15,923 nt of DNA from Octopus sinensis (Eukaryota). Below the pieces are notes generated by a model. It was given only the letters and a program-made list of their open reading frames with translations, was not told where the DNA came from and did not search any database. The position numbers were made by a program, and so were the translations under genes. Of the stretch, positions 10,466 to 15,923 are shown piece after piece. Numbering within the stretch: position 1 is the stretch's first letter; every line of letters starts with the position of its first letter. The DNA lies in contig NW_021825364.1 of NCBI RefSeq assembly GCF_006345805.1, forward strand, positions 1 through 15,923, in the 5' to 3' direction.

Positions 10466-10638
10466 GAAGGGGCATGGTTCAGTGGTTAGAGCGTCGAGCT
10501 TACGATCGTGACGCTGTGAGTTCGAATCCTGACCGGGCTGTGTGTTGTGAGCAAGACATTTTATTTCACGTTGCTCCAGTTCACTCAGCTGTAGTCATGA
10601 GTTGCGACGTTACAGGTGCCAGGTTCGACATTTCCCCA
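10466..10638 (+). mobile_element. tRNA-derived SINE, 5' part
   Basis: A box TGGTTCAGTGG at 10475-10485 and B box GTTCGAATCC at 10520-10529. Body tttcacgttgctccagttcactcagctg is shared in part with 6697-6816. Confidence 0.85.
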
Positions 10639-10751
10639 AGACACATCATGAAGTCTGGAGGGTGGATCAGCCGAAACGTTGTGTTAACAATAAACAAGAT
10701 TAGGAGAAATATCCGTCAAATGTAAATAATGTACGTAATTCCTCATCTCTT
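10639..10751 (+). mobile_element. Putative Penelope-like terminal fragment with a degenerate minimal hammerhead (10640-10685)
   Basis: GACAC-AUCAUGA-A-GUCUG..CAGCC-GAA-ACGU-U-GUGUU, followed by AATAAA. The core has two substitutions relative to CUGAUGA. Confidence 0.5.
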
Positions 10752-11108
10752 GTTGATAAATGATGAAAGCAAACAATAAGCTGCTTAAAGAATTGCAGCG
10801 TTACCATGAGTATTTCGATAAGCATCTTGTGGAATAATGATAATTGCTTTTATGATGTAATGATAATATAATAATAATTACTTGTAAATATTGAAAGTTT
10901 TATAATCACTAATATAATGATTTCTTAAATATATTATTCAGATTTTAACTTAAATACCTTCGACTATAATTAAAACATTAATTGTAGCAGTAAAAGTACG
11001 GGATATGTCTTTGTGTCCTTCCTGCTGTCATATGTCTTTGCGTCATTCCTGGTTGACAATATTAACTGTGAAATTCACGAGTCCTTTTGGCGCTCAGCCA
11101 AGTATATA

Positions 11109-11512
11109 TCTTTATATATAAAAGTGAAGTTGTGTGAGTGTCTGCCTACTACGATTTAGATTCCTAACTACTCCCACATTTTGCGGTGCAGTTTAACTAA
11201 AACCGGCTATCTGATAGTCGTGATTCATATCGAGCCCTTCTGGGTATTAGCGCGCGTCTACAATGAGTCTACGATTTAAAAAAAAATTACCATCATTTTT
11301 TTTCCATTTTAATGCATTTTGTTTTTGCTATTATATAAGGGAAGTAACGCTCTAAAAATGTCTACGATGAGTCAACGATTTAAAAAAAAAATTACCATCA
11401 TTTTTTTCCCATTTTTAATGCATTTTTTGCTATTTTTTTGCTATAACTCTCTAAAAATGCTTATATAGTTATTTCCCTTACAAACCCGAGCAACGCCGGG
11501 CGATACTACTAG
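11109..11512 (+). mobile_element. Non-autonomous Helitron (404 bp)
   Basis: 5' A|TC (TCTTTATATATAAAA), 3' CTAG|T at 11509-11513, subterminal GC hairpin CCCGAGCAACGCCGGG at 11485-11500, no TSD. Internal direct repeat at 11256-11332 and 11360-11434. Confidence 0.85.
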
Positions 11513-11589
11513 TTTTTATTAAAGAAAAGTGCGACGATTTTAGATGAATATAAAGAATATTGTTTCAAGCATCATTAAAACCGGACGTT

Positions 11590-11641
<52 letters not shown>

Positions 11642-11661
11642 GTAGTATTATTATTATTATT
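11590..11661. repeat. (ATC)17 followed by (AGT)/(ATT)n
   Basis: Directly visible. Confidence 0.95.
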
Positions 11662-12200
11662 GTGAGAACAGAGCATGCCATCAAAGTGACATTGAGGTAA
11701 AATATACGAAGCCCGGTATACCCATCATGACTACCCGTCTGATAAGGGTACAGGAGGCACATGCATCACAACCAAATAAAGCGACATGTTGATCTCATAT
11801 CAAGATAAACAGCGCATGACTCTGCAGGTGGGGCACAGTTAGAATTTTCTTCTGGTTGAGTAGCCCATCCCGCTCCAAAGGCCCCAGAATAAGGGTTGTG
11901 TAGGGATTTTGAACGAACCACCCATGTTTCCAAATGTGAATTATCCAAATCTCCGAGAATTCCTTTCAACACACGGCCATGATGCTCGTGATCAGAGATG
12001 CACATGTCATCAGCCACTAAGGGACATGCTCAACTGGATAAGGTCAAACAACTGACAAGAAAATCTGTGGTATTGAACAGAATATTTGCTGTGAAACCCA
12101 TCTTTTATACCAAGACAAAACAATATACATGATAACACTTCCAATCAGTTAAGATTAGAAGCCATGAAAGCAACTGCGTGGTACTGCATCAGGGAATTCA
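11662..12200. mobile_element. Unclassified ~540-bp interspersed repeat flanked by (ATT)n on both sides
   Basis: GC-richer island sharply bounded by trinucleotide tracts, the same architecture as 13308-13625. Hairpin at 11719-11750. Recalled as a common octopus repeat, but unverified. Confidence 0.5.
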
Positions 12201-12234
12201 TTATTATTATTATTATTAATAGTAGTAGTAGTAT

Positions 12235-12272
<38 letters not shown>
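12200..12272. repeat. (ATT)n to (AGT)n microsatellite
   Basis: Directly visible. Confidence 0.95.
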
Positions 12273-12601
12273 TCATCTTTATCCTCATTTCTAGTTCTAC
12301 CTATTGTTGTTGAAAAATAGCCAGTGTGAAAGACCAATTCTGAGCGTGCACCTGTAAAAAAAAATTAAAAACAATAGAAGTGATCTTGCCCTGTTGTTCA
12401 AGCTTTTGGGTTTTTTTGGGTTTTTTTCCCACGGGGACCTTAAAACGCCTCCCCTATTGGGAATTTAATTTGATTAAATTTTAACTGTTATTTATATTGT
12501 GTACACACGAAAATCCATTGTATCATCATATTTTTGTTTCATATTGTTATATGATTTTTAATGGTATTGTATCTGAGCCCTTGTGACCAATAAAAGAATA
12601 A

Positions 12602-12668
<67 letters not shown>

Positions 12669-12673
12669 TTATT

Positions 12674-12742
<69 letters not shown>

Positions 12743-12788
12743 ATTATTATTATTATCATTATTATTATTATTATATTAATATTATTAT

Positions 12789-13088
12789 TATTGTTATATT
12801 TCGGAATGGTCATATTGCCAGTTTAGCCAATAAAACACACGCACTATATATTTGGTGTTATTTTGCTTCAGTGATATTTATTTTTTACATTAATCTTAAT
12901 CTTATTTCGGCCAAGTTCTTTCGTCACACTCCTGTGACCGCATCAGTGTGACGAAAGAACTTTGGCCGAAATAAGATTAAGATTAATGTAAAAAATAAAT
13001 ATCACTGAAGCAAAATAACACCAAATATATAGTGCGTGTGTTTTTATTGGCTAAACTGGCAATATGACCATTCCGAAATATAACAATA
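12789..13088. repeat. Near-perfect inverted repeat: arms of 142 and 144 bp with a 14-nt spacer
   Basis: 12789-12930 is the reverse complement of 12945-13088 except for two 1-nt homopolymer indels. Spacer is cctgtgaccgcatc. Confidence 0.97.
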
Positions 13089-13159
13089 TCTGTTTCAACA
13101 CACGACTTCACATAAAAAATCTTGCACAACAAATATTTAAACGTGCATTATTATTATTA

Positions 13160-13212
<53 letters not shown>

Positions 13213-13230
13213 GTTATTATTTATTATTTA

Positions 13231-13263
<33 letters not shown>

Positions 13264-13307
13264 GTTTATTATTTATTATTTATTATTATTATTATCATTA
13301 TTATTAT

Positions 13308-13625
13308 CCTATGTTTGACTTTTGCTTTACATTTGTACAAGTTGGCTTCAAGTCTCACCCGGAGACCTCAAGAGACAACAGGTTGGATGTTCACGTTGTT
13401 GTTATGCCTAGTGTGCCATATATTTGGTTGTTTTTTTGTGTTGTACTAGTGGATGTCAATAAAAAAAACCATACGAAAATTATGTTTGTTTTAAACCTTG
13501 AGATTACATAGTAAGTATTTTGCGTAGGATATGAGCAGTTCCCATGAGCACTATCTTTTGAATTTCTGCCATTTTGGGGTTTCCTGGTATCTGAGTTAGG
13601 TGGCAATCAGCCCCTTTTGCTATCC
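13308..13625 (-). mobile_element. 5'-truncated R4/Dong-like non-LTR retrotransposon (ORF C-terminus plus 3' UTR) in (TAA)n
   Basis: Minus frame IAKGADCHLTQIPGNPKMAEIQKIVLMGTAHILRKILTM* (stop at 13504-13506) resembles the LQKAVLLGTARILRRVL C-terminus of RLE-type LINEs. A ~195-nt UTR runs into (AAT)n. Confidence 0.75.
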
Positions 13626-13636
13626 TTATTATTATC

Positions 13637-13688
<52 letters not shown>

Positions 13689-14044
13689 TTACTTTTATTT
13701 TTATTATTATTATATCATTATTATTAATATTATTACTACACAAACATACATACATATACTTACAATATACAGACAAGTAGGAACGTGTATTTAGTATAGA
13801 AAAATGATATGACATCACTAATTTATTTTCTGATTTATTACCATCAGCGTCTATGTTGTTTTTTTACTCTTTTATGATTTTTACTCATTTTTGTCTATCC
13901 ATATTTCGCAGATTAGAATCACGCAAAACGGAGATGATTAAAGAATTTGGTTAAAAGTTATAACTTTTATGCTCTGATCCTGTTAATGTATGTAATATCA
14001 TGTGTGTGATACATCACGTATACGATATATAGCATTTGTGGTAT

Positions 14045-14053
14045 ATGTATATA

Positions 14054-14100
<47 letters not shown>

Positions 14101-14300
14101 TGTATGTGTGATATGATTTTAATATATGTAAGCTCCTCAGATTCATTCATTTATTAATATAGGTGTCTATCTATTGATATATGCTAAAAATAAAAACAAA
14201 TATATACACCATACATTCATTTAGAATTATACAACTACATGTATATTAATATATGTGTATATTAATATTTGTATATATATATATATACATATATTAATAT

Positions 14301-14377
<77 letters not shown>

Positions 14378-14700
14378 TAGATATATATATTATATATACA
14401 TATACTAATATATATAATATATATATATATATTATATATTTATAATATATATGTCTATACATATGTATGCATATATCTATATATAAATGAGTGTGATTGC
14501 GTAAGAATGTAGGTATAATTACCAGCCTATCTGTATCTCTCTTTCTTTTAGTTATATATATATATATATGTGTGGGGTATCTCTCTCTCTCTCTCTCTCT
14601 CTCTCTTTATATATATATACATATATATACACTTATACACATATATCTCAGTACGTATATACATACATACATACGTATATACATATAAATAGACAGAGTC

Positions 14701-14763
<63 letters not shown>

Positions 14764-14865
14764 GAGATAGAGAGATAGAGAGAGAGAGAGAGATACCAAC
14801 ACGCAAGTTTCGATACATATGCATATATATGCAGGCATATGCACACAAACACACACACACACATG
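14045..14865. repeat. Compound (GT)n, (TA)n, (CT)n, (GATA)n, (GA)n microsatellites
   Basis: Directly visible. Confidence 0.9.
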
Positions 14866-15224
14866 GATTATACTTTGTAGCAATTTAAATCGTTGTTCTA
14901 AATTGCTTCTAATATTAATATTAATATTCATGATACTGAGTTGTCGCCATTGCTGGTATTGATGTTCTTTGTCTAGTTATCGTGTTGTTTCATTTCTGCC
15001 ATTAATAAACTCTAACATATACAACCCACTTTTTTTCCTATTAAGTTCTTTTGATATATAATATATTTGCTAGTTGTGGACGTTCATTTATCTACAATGA
15101 TTGGGTGTTCACAAAACGGTTTCTCTTCCGTGTCCGTTCTTCCAGATAAATATAAAAATAAAAGTGTGCATCGCCCCCTTATGAAATTAGTGGTCGGCAC
15201 GAATGTGTGTACGCCATAAGATAT

Positions 15225-15708
15225 ATATTTATATGTGTGAGTATTTATGTATGTTTGTATGTATGTAAACCCAAACACCCACACACATACACACTTACAC
15301 ACACAATTATATATATATATATATATATAAGTATATATATTAATATATATATGGTATATGTATTATATATGTAATTTATATATATATTATATATATACAC
15401 ATATACATACATATATATATATATATACATGTACAGCTGTTTTAGCGATATATATATATATAAGTATATGGATATGATTAATTACATATGTACGCATATG
15501 CTTATATATATATTATATATATATATATGTATATTATAATATATATATGCTATATATATATATATATAATATATGTATATCTATATATATATATATATAC
15601 ATATATACATATTTATACTATATATATATAATATACATATATATTATAGCTATGCGTATGTATTTAAACGTAATATATATATATATATATATATCCACAT
15701 ACACATTC

Positions 15709-15757
<49 letters not shown>

Positions 15758-15785
15758 CATACATACATGTATGTATGTATGTACA
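15225..15785. repeat. (TA)n / (TACA)n microsatellite field
   Basis: Directly visible. Confidence 0.9.
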
Positions 15786-15923
15786 AGAGAGAAGAAGGGA
15801 GAGAAGGATACATCAAAAGGTAAATAGAAAAACATTGTGAAAGCACTTCATTAGTTCTTTAACCCCTCTTAAATAACCATTAATATGTTGTGCAAATTTT
15901 CTGCTCCAAAGAACCATAACTCC

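Larger units (their letters stand above)
12601..13738. repeat. Interrupted (ATT)n array with tracts at ~12601-12790, 13148-13307 and 13626-13738
   Basis: Directly visible, with non-repeat inserts between the tracts. Confidence 0.95.

Noticed and set aside
10466-10535. tRNA gene
   Set aside because: A and B boxes are present but there is no complete acceptor stem, and it continues into a SINE body.
11003-11051. 22-bp direct repeat with 2 mismatches; similarly (atagtggtgc)x2 at ~2095-2120
   Set aside because: Ordinary short slippage duplications.
12931-12944. Palindrome spacer as a missed sequencing adapter
   Set aside because: It does not match the PacBio hairpin adapter sequence. Other chimeric artefacts are not excluded.
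14570-14803. ggtatc(TC)n ... (GA)n-gatacc inverted arrangement
   Set aside because: Complementarity is almost entirely microsatellite, with too little unique sequence to call TIRs.
1520-15840. Numerous I/Y/C/V/poly-I/poly-L/poly-M ORFs in the ORF track
   Set aside because: They are stop-free translations of (TA)n, (TATC)n, (ATT)n and (ATC)n microsatellites, not genes.

Overview
AT-rich, microsatellite-saturated animal genomic DNA. The tRNA-derived SINE families look like those of Octopus/coleoid cephalopods (recognised from memory, not from a database search). No host gene can be identified confidently; most listed ORFs are microsatellite read-throughs, and there are only a few candidate spliced exons. 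The window is a mosaic of mobile elements: several tRNA-SINEs from three families, an internally deleted DD34D mariner interrupted by a SINE head, a 404-bp non-autonomous Helitron, a 3' fragment of an R4/Dong-like LINE inside (TAA)n, and an unclassified (ATT)n-flanked repeat. The most interesting signals are three minimal type-I hammerhead-ribozyme-like folds in putative Penelope-like termini, one with a compensatory G3-C8 core, and two near-perfect fold-back palindromes, one of which breaks exactly at a hammerhead-like core.
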